From Candidatus Paceibacter sp. (GTDB taxonomy: Bacteria; Patescibacteriota; Minisyncoccia; UBA6257; HR35), in contig JAGDVT010000033.1 in assembly GCA_023255765.1 (NCBI GenBank), positions 1 to 33,322 of the forward strand: DNA of 33,322 nt, written 5' to 3'. Under the pieces are notes generated by a model that saw only the letters and a program-made list of their open reading frames with translations, ran no database searches and had not been told where the DNA came from. The position numbers were made by a program, and so were the translations under genes. The number at the start of each line of letters is the position of its first letter. The stretch's first letter is position 1. This document shows, one piece after another, positions 1 to 10,500 of the stretch.

Positions 1-292
1 ATAAAATCAATCTAGCTGAAAATATATAAGGATTTATCCAATATAGAACAACTCCAGAAATAAATATTATTACTAACCCTATTATAGCATTTTTCATTCT
101 GTTTTTGCCCTGCATTTTAACATCAGGAATTGTAGAAAGCAGGTTTTCAAATGCACCAAATAAAAAAACAAAAAATGCAACTAAAACAGCTATAGCAACC
201 AAAAAATTATATATACCCTGAAGGCAACTTTGTAATGTTTTATCTATTCCGCAGTATTCTGACAAAAAATTAATAAAAAAACCTTGATCCAT
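1..292 (-). CDS. T4SS pilin-domain (TrbC/VirB2-like) membrane protein, 3' end beyond the window
   Basis: Not in the ORF track. Manual translation from ATG at 292 (TAATG overlap with the upstream stop) is open to the edge: MDQGFFINFLSEYCGIDKTLQSCLQGIYNFLVAIAVLVAFFVFLFGAFENLLSTIPDVKMQGKNRMKNAIIGLVIIFISGVVLYWINP. Two hydrophobic helices, a GK..MKNAIIGL loop and an INP motif are typical of CPR T4SS pilin-like proteins. Confidence 0.75.
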   Translation of the reverse strand, partial: MDQGFFINFLSEYCGIDKTLQSCLQGIYNFLVAIAVLVAFFVFLFGAFENLLSTIPDVKMQGKNRMKNAIIGLVIIFISGVVLYWINPYIFSARLIL

Positions 293-897
293 TATTGGCT
301 AAAGATTATTTTATCTGAAGCAAATTCATTGCTATCTAAATTGTTAACAAATAATTGAATTTCAGTTTCTTCATTAATATCAGAAGGATCGAGCATTATA
401 GCAGAATAATATTTGCCTTTTACTTTCCATGTATAAGAAAGATTATTTGATGAGAAGTTAAATATTAAAGGAAACAATTTTTCTCCTGGATTATATTTGG
501 TGAATGGCAAAACAACATTTAAATTTTCTAGATATCTAACAATAGAAACGCGAGGCTTAGCTTTTATATTAAAAGTAAAATTATAACTCTTGAAAAAACT
601 GTTATCATTAGGATAAATTTTGACTTTTCCCATAAAATTTCTTTCTTTAGGAGTAAAAACTAATAAAGGTTTGGATGTTTTAAATTCTTCAAAATTTGCG
701 GAGTAATTGATTATCCATTCATAATTTAATTCATCTAAATTATATTTTTTATTTTTGTTAATAATATAACCTTCTATTGCAACCAAATATAAATCGCTTC
801 TTTTGTCAAAAGAAAAATAAACAGAGTCATTTTCAGCAAGGGCAAATTTAGATATTAATAAAAATAATATTGTTAAAATAATAAAAAGTCTATACAT
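292..897 (-). CDS. Secreted hypothetical protein, possibly tandem Ig/PKD-like beta domains
   Basis: 201 aa; signal peptide ending ALA; two similar motifs LNYEWIIN and LSYTWKVKG. Confidence 0.6.
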   Translation of the reverse strand: MYRLFIILTILFLLISKFALAENDSVYFSFDKRSDLYLVAIEGYIINKNKKYNLDELNYEWIINYSANFEEFKTSKPLLVFTPKERNFMGKVKIYPNDNSFFKSYNFTFNIKAKPRVSIVRYLENLNVVLPFTKYNPGEKLFPLIFNFSSNNLSYTWKVKGKYYSAIMLDPSDINEETEIQLFVNNLDSNEFASDKIIFSQ

Positions 898-928
898 TAA
901 TTAAAATATTATAAAATAACATTAATTT

Positions 929-1453
929 TTAAGACTCTTCTTTCTCCTCCTCTTCTTTTTCTTCCTGCCCCTTTTTCTTGATTGCTTTTCTAACTTTCCA
1001 TAATCTTGCTACTCTATATCTACTAACAAAAGAAGCTATAGTTTTTAAAGGAAGAGAATCTGATATTTGCGCTATTGGTATAAAAGTTACAACTAATTCA
1101 TAGCCTACAATTAATAAATATAAAGCACCCTCTAATAAACCTAAGACCTCGGTTTTTATATAATAATGAATTAAATAAGCAAATATAATAAGCCCTGGTA
1201 TTTCAAAAAAAAGTGTAATATAAGGAAGAAAAAACAAAGTTCCACCTGTGGCAAGAGTTATTAAATTAAAAATAATTTCAAGTCCATCAGCAATAACTAA
1301 TAATAAGATAGAGCCCCACCATAATATTGTAATTCCTATACTATCTTCTGTCTCTTTATATTCTCCTTTTTCTTTTTTTTCAGCTTCTTTTTCAATTTCT
1401 TCTTCAAGTCTTTTTTTAGCATAGGAGATTACTTTTTCTTTTATAACTTTCAT
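929..1453 (-). CDS. Hypothetical membrane protein (about 3 TM segments, charged termini)
   Basis: 174 aa; 4-nt overlap with the end of the VirB4-like gene; hydrophobic core flanked by E/K-rich tails. Confidence 0.65.
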   Translation of the reverse strand: MKVIKEKVISYAKKRLEEEIEKEAEKKEKGEYKETEDSIGITILWWGSILLLVIADGLEIIFNLITLATGGTLFFLPYITLFFEIPGLIIFAYLIHYYIKTEVLGLLEGALYLLIVGYELVVTFIPIAQISDSLPLKTIASFVSRYRVARLWKVRKAIKKKGQEEKEEEEKEES

Positions 1454-3246
1454 TGAACTTTTTTAGCTGCTTCTCTTACAGCTATTAATTGTTCTAAGCT
1501 TGCTTTTATTATTTGATCTTCTGCGTAAGATCCTAAAACATATAATGGGATTCTTTTAAGTCCTGCAATTAAAATGCCCCTACCCCTTTCTGCTTGTATT
1601 AAAAATCTCTTTTCTCCTTCTGATAATGCAAAAACTTGACCAACTAAATCTATAGTAGCAGGTGATTGTTTCATTAAAAATACTAATGCTGAATTAGTTA
1701 TAATCGGTTTACCATATGGTGAATTCAAAAAATCTTCTGCATCTTGAGTGATAGTTGTTATACCAAGAAGATATTTTCTACCCCTTTTAATTGCATTAAG
1801 CAAAAAATTAGCGCCTGACTCATTTTTCATAATCCACCAGGCTTCATCTATTATTAAAACCCTCCTTTTTCTAATTCTTCTGACCTTATTCATTAAATCA
1901 TTTAAAACCATATACATTCCTATAGGCCTTAATTCTTCTACTAAATCTCTAAAACCAAAAACCACAATTCTTTTATTTATATCCACATTTGTAGGTTGAT
2001 TTATAAATCCACTAAAATTACCTTGGGTAAATGGATATAACTTTTCAGCAATTTTTTTGCCACCTTCTATACTTAATAGAACTTTCTCAAAATCATTTAA
2101 GGTAGGAAAAATCTCTACCTTAGAAAAATCCATATTAGGTAAAATATTAAAAGATGCATAAGTTTGATGGATTGCTCTATCAACAACAGTTAATTCTTCT
2201 GCATTAAATTTTTCTCCTATGATTACTTCTAACAATCCTATAATATCACTAACTTTTTCTTTGTAAACATCTTCTGGATTTTCTCCTTCTAATACAGGTG
2301 GTAAATCAAAAGGATTTATATGATACTCTGATCTTAAAGATATGGGTATAAAAGAACCACCATATATTTCTGCTATAGATCGGTATTCATTTTCTGGATC
2401 TAATACTATCACATCTTGCCCTAACATTAAATTTCTCATAATTTCGATTTTTGCAGTATAACTTTTACCTGAACCTGATCTTGCAATAATTACCATGTGC
2501 GCATTTTCAAAAGCAAATCTATCTAACAAAACTAAAGAATTGTCTTGCAAATTTATACCTAATAATACTCCTTTGTCCATAGAAAGTTCAGAAGATATGA
2601 AAGGGAAAAAAGAACTTGCAGCAGAAGAATTCATTGTATAATGAACATTTAAATAATCTTTACATAAAGGTAAATTAGATAAAAATGCATTTTCTTGCTC
2701 CAAAATAACAGGCTTAGCTATAATTAAACTACTTTCTAATAATTTAATAATTTGATGTTCTCTAACAAGCAAATCATCTTTATTTTCACCAAATATAGTT
2801 AGATATAATCCTACATTTAAAACTTTTTCTGTGCCTTGTATAATTGCCTCTTTTAATTCTTCTATATCTTTTAAAGCGGTTTCTAGCCTAGGATCTCTTG
2901 GTAGTCCTTTTTCTTCTATCTCGTATATTTGACTTTCAATTCTTAAAGATTGTTTATTTAGCTGCTTCAAAAATACGCCTGGATCCCTTGGGATAAAAAA
3001 TATTGAAAGATTAAATGGTTCTGGTAAAGATAAAATATTTTCTAACCAGCCTGCAAACAAATATCTCGGATAAGTTATTACTATTATATTTTTGCCATAT
3101 ATCTCCCCTATTTGAAAATCAGATATATTAAAAATGACAGCAGGAGGAGCAATAATACTTTTTATATGCTCAAATCCTTTTTTTTCTTCTATAACAGGAA
3201 CCCCTACTTTTTCTTCTTTTTTAAAAAATGGTAATCTTATTTTCAT
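1450..3246 (-). CDS. virB4: VirB4/TraC-like type IV secretion ATPase
   Basis: Walker A IARSGSGKS, VLDPENEY, INPFD, Walker B IIDEAWW, KRGRKY and ITQD motifs. Confidence 0.88.
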   Translation of the reverse strand: MKIRLPFFKKEEKVGVPVIEEKKGFEHIKSIIAPPAVIFNISDFQIGEIYGKNIIVITYPRYLFAGWLENILSLPEPFNLSIFFIPRDPGVFLKQLNKQSLRIESQIYEIEEKGLPRDPRLETALKDIEELKEAIIQGTEKVLNVGLYLTIFGENKDDLLVREHQIIKLLESSLIIAKPVILEQENAFLSNLPLCKDYLNVHYTMNSSAASSFFPFISSELSMDKGVLLGINLQDNSLVLLDRFAFENAHMVIIARSGSGKSYTAKIEIMRNLMLGQDVIVLDPENEYRSIAEIYGGSFIPISLRSEYHINPFDLPPVLEGENPEDVYKEKVSDIIGLLEVIIGEKFNAEELTVVDRAIHQTYASFNILPNMDFSKVEIFPTLNDFEKVLLSIEGGKKIAEKLYPFTQGNFSGFINQPTNVDINKRIVVFGFRDLVEELRPIGMYMVLNDLMNKVRRIRKRRVLIIDEAWWIMKNESGANFLLNAIKRGRKYLLGITTITQDAEDFLNSPYGKPIITNSALVFLMKQSPATIDLVGQVFALSEGEKRFLIQAERGRGILIAGLKRIPLYVLGSYAEDQIIKASLEQLIAVREAAKKVQ

Positions 3247-3872
3247 TCTTCTATTGTTTGCATTAATTCTTCAAATAGTTTTATAGGAGCCATACCCCAC
3301 CTTGGATTAGGATTATAAAGTTCATAAAAAAGTTGTATTATTTCTGCATTCTTTAATCTTATAGGTTGAAGCCCTAATGCCGCAAACTTTTCTGTTATAT
3401 ATATAACCCTTGTCTCAAGTTGTTCTAATTGTTGATAAAACTCTTCTTCTTTTTTATACTCTTTTTTAAAAAATCCACCTATTTTTATTGCTTCAGTCTC
3501 ATAAGGTATTACAATATAAAACAATTTCTTCATAATTTTATGTGTTTGTATATAATCTTGAATAAATTTAATATACTCTTCTAGTTGTATTTTAATTAAG
3601 GGCTCTGTTTCTTGTTCTAATCTTTCTTTTAAATAATTAACATACCCCTCAATATAAGCTAATCTTGAAACTACAAATATTTGAAGATTAAAATCTAACC
3701 CATCTAACAATTCCTTAAACAAACCTACAACTGCCTCCTTTTCTTGTTCAGAAAGCAAAGAAAAATTAATACCCGGAACAGCCAAAATAGCCCTTAATCC
3801 ACCATCTTCAGTTATTATTACATCATTTTTAACGTCCTTAATTTTAATCAAATATGATGTACTTTTTACCAT
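3243..3872 (-). CDS. T4SS-associated protein resembling a stand-alone VirB4/TraC N-terminal domain
   Basis: INFSLLSEQEKE...LDFNLQI...FYIVIPY...ELYNP pattern; lies between the PrgI-like gene and virB4 with short overlaps. Confidence 0.65.
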   Translation of the reverse strand: MVKSTSYLIKIKDVKNDVIITEDGGLRAILAVPGINFSLLSEQEKEAVVGLFKELLDGLDFNLQIFVVSRLAYIEGYVNYLKERLEQETEPLIKIQLEEYIKFIQDYIQTHKIMKKLFYIVIPYETEAIKIGGFFKKEYKKEEEFYQQLEQLETRVIYITEKFAALGLQPIRLKNAEIIQLFYELYNPNPRWGMAPIKLFEELMQTIEE

Positions 3873-4384
3873 GATCTTTTAGGAAATTTTGGGATAGGAA
3901 AATTAATATAAGGATCATATGGATTATATCCATGTTTATGAGCTGTTTTTATATACTCTGAAATCGGATTTTTTATAACAATTTCCTCGCCCTCTTTTTT
4001 ATATTCCTCTTTTATTTTTTTAGGTTCAATTTCTTCTTCTAAAAGCTCAATATATTTTTCAACAGTAGGCATATTTATATATTTAGTAGTAATTTTAACT
4101 TCTTCTCTCCAAAGATATTTTTTTGTTGAAAATAAAGATATTAATAATGTAGGAATATAATTTAAAATAGGCTTGTTGTTAATTTTACCCCAACCCAATA
4201 AACCTGCTAAAAATATTACAAAAATAGTTATTAAAAGAGCAAACAAAGATGGCAAAATCTTAAAAGCAGCAAAAGAAATTAGAAAAGCTAAAAAAGCTAA
4301 AATTAATTGAGCATATGTAAAAGAACCTATCCACAAATATAATCTATCCTCTATATTTATATATTGTGGTACATTGAACCGCAT
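3866..4384 (-). CDS. PrgI family (VirB3-like) membrane protein
   Basis: N-terminal FNVPQYINIEDRL...FTYAQL, two TM helices, KINNKP...YLW; position upstream of virB4. Confidence 0.75.
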   Translation of the reverse strand: MRFNVPQYINIEDRLYLWIGSFTYAQLILAFLAFLISFAAFKILPSLFALLITIFVIFLAGLLGWGKINNKPILNYIPTLLISLFSTKKYLWREEVKITTKYINMPTVEKYIELLEEEIEPKKIKEEYKKEGEEIVIKNPISEYIKTAHKHGYNPYDPYINFPIPKFPKRSW

Positions 4385-4392
4385 TAAAATAA

Positions 4393-5049
4393 TTATAAAT
4401 TAGAAAGGTCTATAACGCCCTCTTCTTTTTTATTTTCTTCCTTTTGCTTTTTAATGATAACAACTCCTGAACCTTCTATTTCTTTAGGCTTTGGTGGAGA
4501 CCAAGAAATAGTTTGATTTATATCTACTACTTTTTTGGGAATTTCTGTTTTAATTGGCTGAGTTTTAGACAAATCTATAGCTTCTTCTTTCTTTTTCTCG
4601 ATTTCTGCGAACTCTTTTTTAGGAGGGATTATTTTTTGTAAATTTAAAACTTTTGTTGAGGGTTGTCTTTCTTTTACCTTTTTAATTATATCTACTAATT
4701 CTTTTGGTGCTTCTTTAATAATTTTTTCTTCTTTTTCAGCTTTTTTTTGTATGCTTTGCCAAATATTGTTTACTAGAGGCAAAAATTTTGTTTTTATATG
4801 ATAAGCTAATGCTGCAGAGTTTTCATCATTAAGCCCCAATCTTTCCTTTATAATTGTTTTTAAATCTGCATTTTCATCAATTAATTTAATAGACAAATCT
4901 TGAAGTAAATATATAAATTCAGTTTCTTGCTCTTCATTTAACTCGAATTTTTTAGTATATTCATCTAAAAATGAGTAAAAATCATCAGAATACAAAAATC
5001 CTCGTATTTCTAAAGGAGCTTCATATAATGCCTCCAAAAATGTTTTCAT
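4393..5049 (-). CDS. Hypothetical cytoplasmic protein (helical N-terminus, K/E/P-rich tail)
   Basis: 218-aa ORF, ATG start, fills the gap in the operon. Confidence 0.65.
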   Translation of the reverse strand: MKTFLEALYEAPLEIRGFLYSDDFYSFLDEYTKKFELNEEQETEFIYLLQDLSIKLIDENADLKTIIKERLGLNDENSAALAYHIKTKFLPLVNNIWQSIQKKAEKEEKIIKEAPKELVDIIKKVKERQPSTKVLNLQKIIPPKKEFAEIEKKKEEAIDLSKTQPIKTEIPKKVVDINQTISWSPPKPKEIEGSGVVIIKKQKEENKKEEGVIDLSNL

Positions 5050-5069
5050 TAATTAAATTATAAAATAAA

Positions 5070-7589
5070 CTATGGTCCTTGTTGCTGCTGTGAAGATTGC
5101 TGTTGTGTTTGAGTTGCTGTTCTTATAGGTTCAAAAGATACTCCTGTTGGTCTTTCAAATATGCTTGCTAAATTTTGTAAAATTATTTGTATTTGTTGTT
5201 GATTTTGATTTATGTTTTGTTGAAGGGCACCTGCAATACCTTGAAGTTGATTTTGTTTCTTTCGTAAATCCTTTAATTGTTGCTCTTGTCTATAAAGTTC
5301 TAATAGCTGTTTTAAGTTGTTTGCAATAGTTTGTGATCTATAATCCTTCACAGGTTCAAAAATACTAATAGCATAATCCAGATTCTCTTCTAATGTTTTA
5401 CTATCGTCGTAATGACCCACACTACGACCTTTAAGATAATTCCTAATCGCTTCTTCTAAGTCTTCACCTGTTTGAATCCCCAATCCTTGTCTTGTTTGTG
5501 CAATCTGGTTCTCTAATTGTCGTATAGTGTTACTAATGGTAGTAATTTGATCTTGTATAGAAGTCGTAATTTGAGGTATTAATCTTTGTTCCAAATCCCC
5601 TCCCCACTCCCTTAACGTCCCTGCATTAATTTTCCCTCCCGAATATTGTCCAGTTAAATTATCTAAAATTTGTTTTCTTAAAGTTGGGTCTGTAATTCCA
5701 GCAAGATCTAAAATGCTGCTTACACCACTTTCGAATGCACGATAAGTTCCTGTCCCCTTTATTATACCTTGATATTGTGCCAAAACATCAGGAGCATTTT
5801 GACTTAACCAAGCTAAATTTTCTGGGTGAGCAAAAAATCTTCTTTGATCATCTCTATCCAAAAAAAACGGCAATGATTGTGCTAAACTTTTAATTTCATC
5901 TTGTTGGTACCCTAATCTATTTAAAACCTCATTTAGATCCCTTAAATTCACATCCCTCCATTGTAATCTTTGTGCTAAAATAGGCAGAGCTCTTCCTGCT
6001 TGGCTTTTATCAGTTAACATTGTTAAAGCACAATTTAATTTACTAGCACATAAGTTTTTAATTACAGCTTTATCTAATTTAGCCAAATCTAAATTTGATG
6101 CTAATTTTAATATTTGATCTGCAGTTAATTCTTGACCAGCTCTTTTTGCTAATTCTTTTTGCAAAGGCCCTTTATACCTGCTAAGTTCTCTAGCAATTTC
6201 TTCTGGTGATTTATCTTTAATTTGATTCCATATAGCTTTTGCTTCTTCACTTGCACGTTCTCTTGTTGGTTTCTGTATAGATTCTGCTAAATCTTGGACT
6301 CTTAAACCTAACCTTCTTAATGGACTAAATGGTGACTTGGTTAATATATCACCAACCTTACTTAAACCGCCACCCATTCTATCAAGCGCAGGAGAAGCAA
6401 GCCATCTTCCTGCTCCTGCTGCAGCTAATCCAGCTGCCATCCATAACCTTCCTCCTAGTCTATAAGCATAATCTCCAAATACCCAGCCTAATTTGGTTGC
6501 AAGAATTAAAACAAAAATAAAATAAGCGCCAATAAAAGCAAACTTTAAAATTAAAGCGATTATTATCGCAAAATCAGTTAACAAACTTCCAGGTCCCATA
6601 GTTTTTGTAAGATCGCCATAACTTAAAAATATATTTGCTATTTCTTGTTCACGTAAGGCGCCTGTATTTGTTGCAATTAATGAAATTCCTATTAAAATCA
6701 ATGGTATTAAAATTAAGATATTGACGTTCCAATTAATAAAAAATTTCCACCAATTATCCCAATGTCTTTTATACCAAGGAGTGACATATGCAATACAGAC
6801 TAATGGTAAAATTCCAACTAAAAATGATATTATTAAGAATCTTCCAATAGAAATACCAGCAAAAACCCACATAATTAAAGAATAGACAACATTTAATACA
6901 TTAGCCAAAAGTCTGCCAGATAATATATAAGCAGCTTTAATATTATGAACACTTCCGCCTTCTTTTTCAGCCATTTGTTCAGCTATTTGTTGTGCCATTG
7001 CCTCTATTTTTTTAGAAATTTCGCTGGGGGGTACAAAAGACAAGGCTGCATATAATAAATTCCCAAACTCAGAAAACTCAGTATTTTTTAAATTTTTTTG
7101 TAGTCCTGCTGATTGTAATATTCCTATTTGTAAATACCATATTGCTGTAAAAATTTCTTTTGCTAATATAAAAGTAAAATTAATTAAAAATGCAATTAAA
7201 ATAATACCAAAAACCATTTTTCTTGCATCATCATCCCTTCCTATAATCCATTCAAACCCTGCTATTAAGGCTAAGAACACCAATGAAACATAAGAGATAT
7301 TTTTGAAAAATTCCCATAATATAGAAGCAAATCCATACTGCCCAAAAGGATTTAAAGAAATGAAAACATTAACTACAATAGCTGCGATTTGAGATAATTG
7401 TTTAAATAAAAAATCCGTAGCATAAAGTGCTATCCCTGCAATAAAATTTAAAAGATCTAAAACAATTCCTGTAATGCCTCCGTGCCTAAAATATTCAATT
7501 ATACCTATTACTACACCACCTAATGCCAACCCAATACCTATAGCAGCTAAAACCGTTATACCCTTATTTTTAAAATTTCTCTTACTCAT
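5070..7589 (-). CDS. Polytopic membrane protein, VirB6/TrbL-like, with a long Gln-rich C-terminal soluble region
   Basis: 839 aa; many TM helices in the first ~380 aa, including GRFLIISFLVGILPL...WDNWWK; Gly/Ala-rich linker; T4SS context. Confidence 0.62.
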   Translation of the reverse strand: MSKRNFKNKGITVLAAIGIGLALGGVVIGIIEYFRHGGITGIVLDLLNFIAGIALYATDFLFKQLSQIAAIVVNVFISLNPFGQYGFASILWEFFKNISYVSLVFLALIAGFEWIIGRDDDARKMVFGIILIAFLINFTFILAKEIFTAIWYLQIGILQSAGLQKNLKNTEFSEFGNLLYAALSFVPPSEISKKIEAMAQQIAEQMAEKEGGSVHNIKAAYILSGRLLANVLNVVYSLIMWVFAGISIGRFLIISFLVGILPLVCIAYVTPWYKRHWDNWWKFFINWNVNILILIPLILIGISLIATNTGALREQEIANIFLSYGDLTKTMGPGSLLTDFAIIIALILKFAFIGAYFIFVLILATKLGWVFGDYAYRLGGRLWMAAGLAAAGAGRWLASPALDRMGGGLSKVGDILTKSPFSPLRRLGLRVQDLAESIQKPTRERASEEAKAIWNQIKDKSPEEIARELSRYKGPLQKELAKRAGQELTADQILKLASNLDLAKLDKAVIKNLCASKLNCALTMLTDKSQAGRALPILAQRLQWRDVNLRDLNEVLNRLGYQQDEIKSLAQSLPFFLDRDDQRRFFAHPENLAWLSQNAPDVLAQYQGIIKGTGTYRAFESGVSSILDLAGITDPTLRKQILDNLTGQYSGGKINAGTLREWGGDLEQRLIPQITTSIQDQITTISNTIRQLENQIAQTRQGLGIQTGEDLEEAIRNYLKGRSVGHYDDSKTLEENLDYAISIFEPVKDYRSQTIANNLKQLLELYRQEQQLKDLRKKQNQLQGIAGALQQNINQNQQQIQIILQNLASIFERPTGVSFEPIRTATQTQQQSSQQQQGP

Positions 7590-10500
7590 TTAATAATAAT
7601 TCTTTTTGGTTTAAATATGTTAAATACATTGAATATACTTGCAAATAAATTTTTTGTAATTTCAAAGATTCTTTTAATTAAGCTAATTCTACTTTCTTTT
7701 TGGATTTGAGAGGTAGGTTCTTCTTGGGGTAAGCTTTCTTCTTCTTGTTGAGATTGGCTTTGAGATATAGAAGAATTTATCTCATCTTCGATTTTTTGGA
7801 CAATTTCATTGTAACTTTTGCATAGTTCATATTCTCTATCCATTATATCATTAATTTTATCTATATTATTTTCTAAAACAGAAGAAATCTGATTAATCTC
7901 TTCATTGCTTAATTTAGATAAATATTCGTCCCAAATTTTACCTTTTTCTTTATCTAATTGTTTATTTAATTCCTCTAATTTTGCTTTTAATTCATTTAAT
8001 TTTTGTAATTTGTTCCAAAATTCTATATCTTGAGAAGATCTATTTTTTATGATTTCAATAGCTTCTTTATATCCTTGGGAAAGTTGATAGATAAACTCTA
8101 AAGTTTCTCCAAGCCTCAAAATTATAGCCTTCCCCTCTGCTTGATTGAGGCTTTTATTTTTTTTAGCTATCCCTATTTCATAATCATAAATTCCTTTATC
8201 TTTTGCATATTTAATAGTACTTGAAGCATAATTGTTTAAACTATCGAAATAATCATAAATTCTATCAATTTCTTGAGAAATTTTTTCTGATAGTACATTT
8301 TGAGCAGTTAATTTAGTTAAAAGATTATTAATTGAAGCTAAAAAGCTTTCACTCTGTATACCTGATTTTTTAGCAGGAGAATTGTATAATGAATAAAATA
8401 TGTAAATTAGGTCATGAACAATAAAATAAGTTGAAATACGAGCATCACTAGAGCCATTTATGCGGGTCTTGTAGTAATAAAAATCTATACCCAATGTGCT
8501 ATTTTCAAATCTACTTTTAATTTCCTCATATGATTTACCTCTTAAACAATTTAAAATATGAGTAGGATAAAAATCTGAAAAGAATGAAAGCTTTTCTCTA
8601 TTTCCTAAACTAGGAGAGCATAAAGTATAATTTGGATTTTCTCCAACCATATCTCCATTTACAAAAATATATTCTAAAGGAAAATTACTTATACCTCCTT
8701 TTTCTAAATCAAGATAATCTTCAAAAAATTGAGAAATTTTACTTCCATATGCATAAGAGAATTTGTCAAAAATCTCGCTTATTTTTCTATTAAATTCATT
8801 AAAAGTTTGTTCTACTTCTTTATTTAATCTTTCTATTTCAGCAGTAGTGCTTGCTATTTGGTTTTCTAAATTAGTTATTGTAGCATTTCTTAATTCTAAA
8901 GTTATTTTACTTAGATCACTTAAGGTAGAAGAAGCTTGATCCAAAGAGCCTATAATACTGTTTAATTCAGAGACCAAGGTATTATTATTTTCTTGTAAAT
9001 TATATAAACTTCCTAAGTTAGATTCTGAAATTTTGTCTCTATAATTATTATTTTCAATTTCCTGAAGAAGATTAGTTATAGTAGCATTATTTTCGTTTAA
9101 TTTATCAGATATATTTTGAAAACTGCTTAAAATTTTAACTAATTTTGAAGATTCATTTTTAATATCAGAAGTCATTAAATCTGTTATTGTTTTACCTTGA
9201 GATTGCAAAGTTTGTTTACACATATCTGAAAATCCTTTTACACTTAAGACTTCTGTTTTTTTGCATATATTTTCTATCCTTTGGGAGCTATAAGCATTCT
9301 TAATGTCAGTAATTATTTCATTTTTAGATTTTCTGCTTTCTAAACTTGCAAATCCTTTGTCTATTATATTAAATAGTTTTGTAGCAATCCAAGTTCTTAC
9401 AAATGATGCCAAAACAGTAGCTGCCCTTTCTTGTGATTTAAAGAAATCTAAAGGAGAGGTCAATATTTGCTCTTTTAATTTTTCATAGTCAGATGGAGAA
9501 CTAATTGTTGGTCCTGATATAGCACATCTTGGGTCTTCTCCTGTTATATTTTTTTCTTGTTCAATTCTTTTATCTACTTCTGCTAATTTTCTATAAAGCT
9601 CATCTGCCTTTTTCTCATCACCCCTGTCCATAGCTTCATTTATTTGTCTTGTTAATTCTTCCTTTTCAACTTCACTCCAAGTTTTAATACATTCTGACTT
9701 TGGTTTAAATACTAATCCGCCTGGCTGTGATGATTCTATATCTAATTTTTCTTTTTCTTTATCTAATTCTCTTAATATATTTGCAAAATCCGAAGATAAA
9801 AGCCAAGAACAATTTCTACTATGTATCTCTCTGTTTATGATTTCATTAATATCGAAATAAATAATATTTGACATGCTTAAGTTTTGGTTAGTGTAAAATT
9901 GGGCTACCAGATTTTTAGGATTTATTATTTTGAATATATTAGCAAAAACATTTGTAGATTTTCCTTCTACTTTGGCTATTAATTTATTTGGTTTAGAATT
10001 TAAGGCATAAACAGAACCTTCTTCTTCGGTTTCAGATATAGGATTTTCTAATCCTAAATCTTTATAAACCAAAATTTCCTCTTCAGGCTCGCAAACTCTT
10101 TTTTCTAATATGTTAATTTTTTGATATTTAATAAAAGAATCAAAATATCTAATTAATTTTCCTGAATTTTCGGATTCAGATAATATGTTTCTTCCAGAAA
10201 GCAAGATATTTCCTAAAATACCATCTAAGCAACCTTTTAATTCTTCTGGAATGCATTGCAAATTTTTATATTTATTCAATATCCTAGTTAAAGCCTTTTG
10301 CTGGGCTAAGAATAACCTAAAATTTCTATAAGCATTTATATCTTTGATAAAATTACCAAGAATTTTATTATATATTAAATCGTTTATTTTATTAATTAAT
10401 TTAAATTTAAAATACTCTATTGCATCTTTAATAGCAAGTTGGATAGATGCCTTTATTGAGGCCAAAACATTTTTTGTGCTTTCCTTAATAGAATTTCTTA

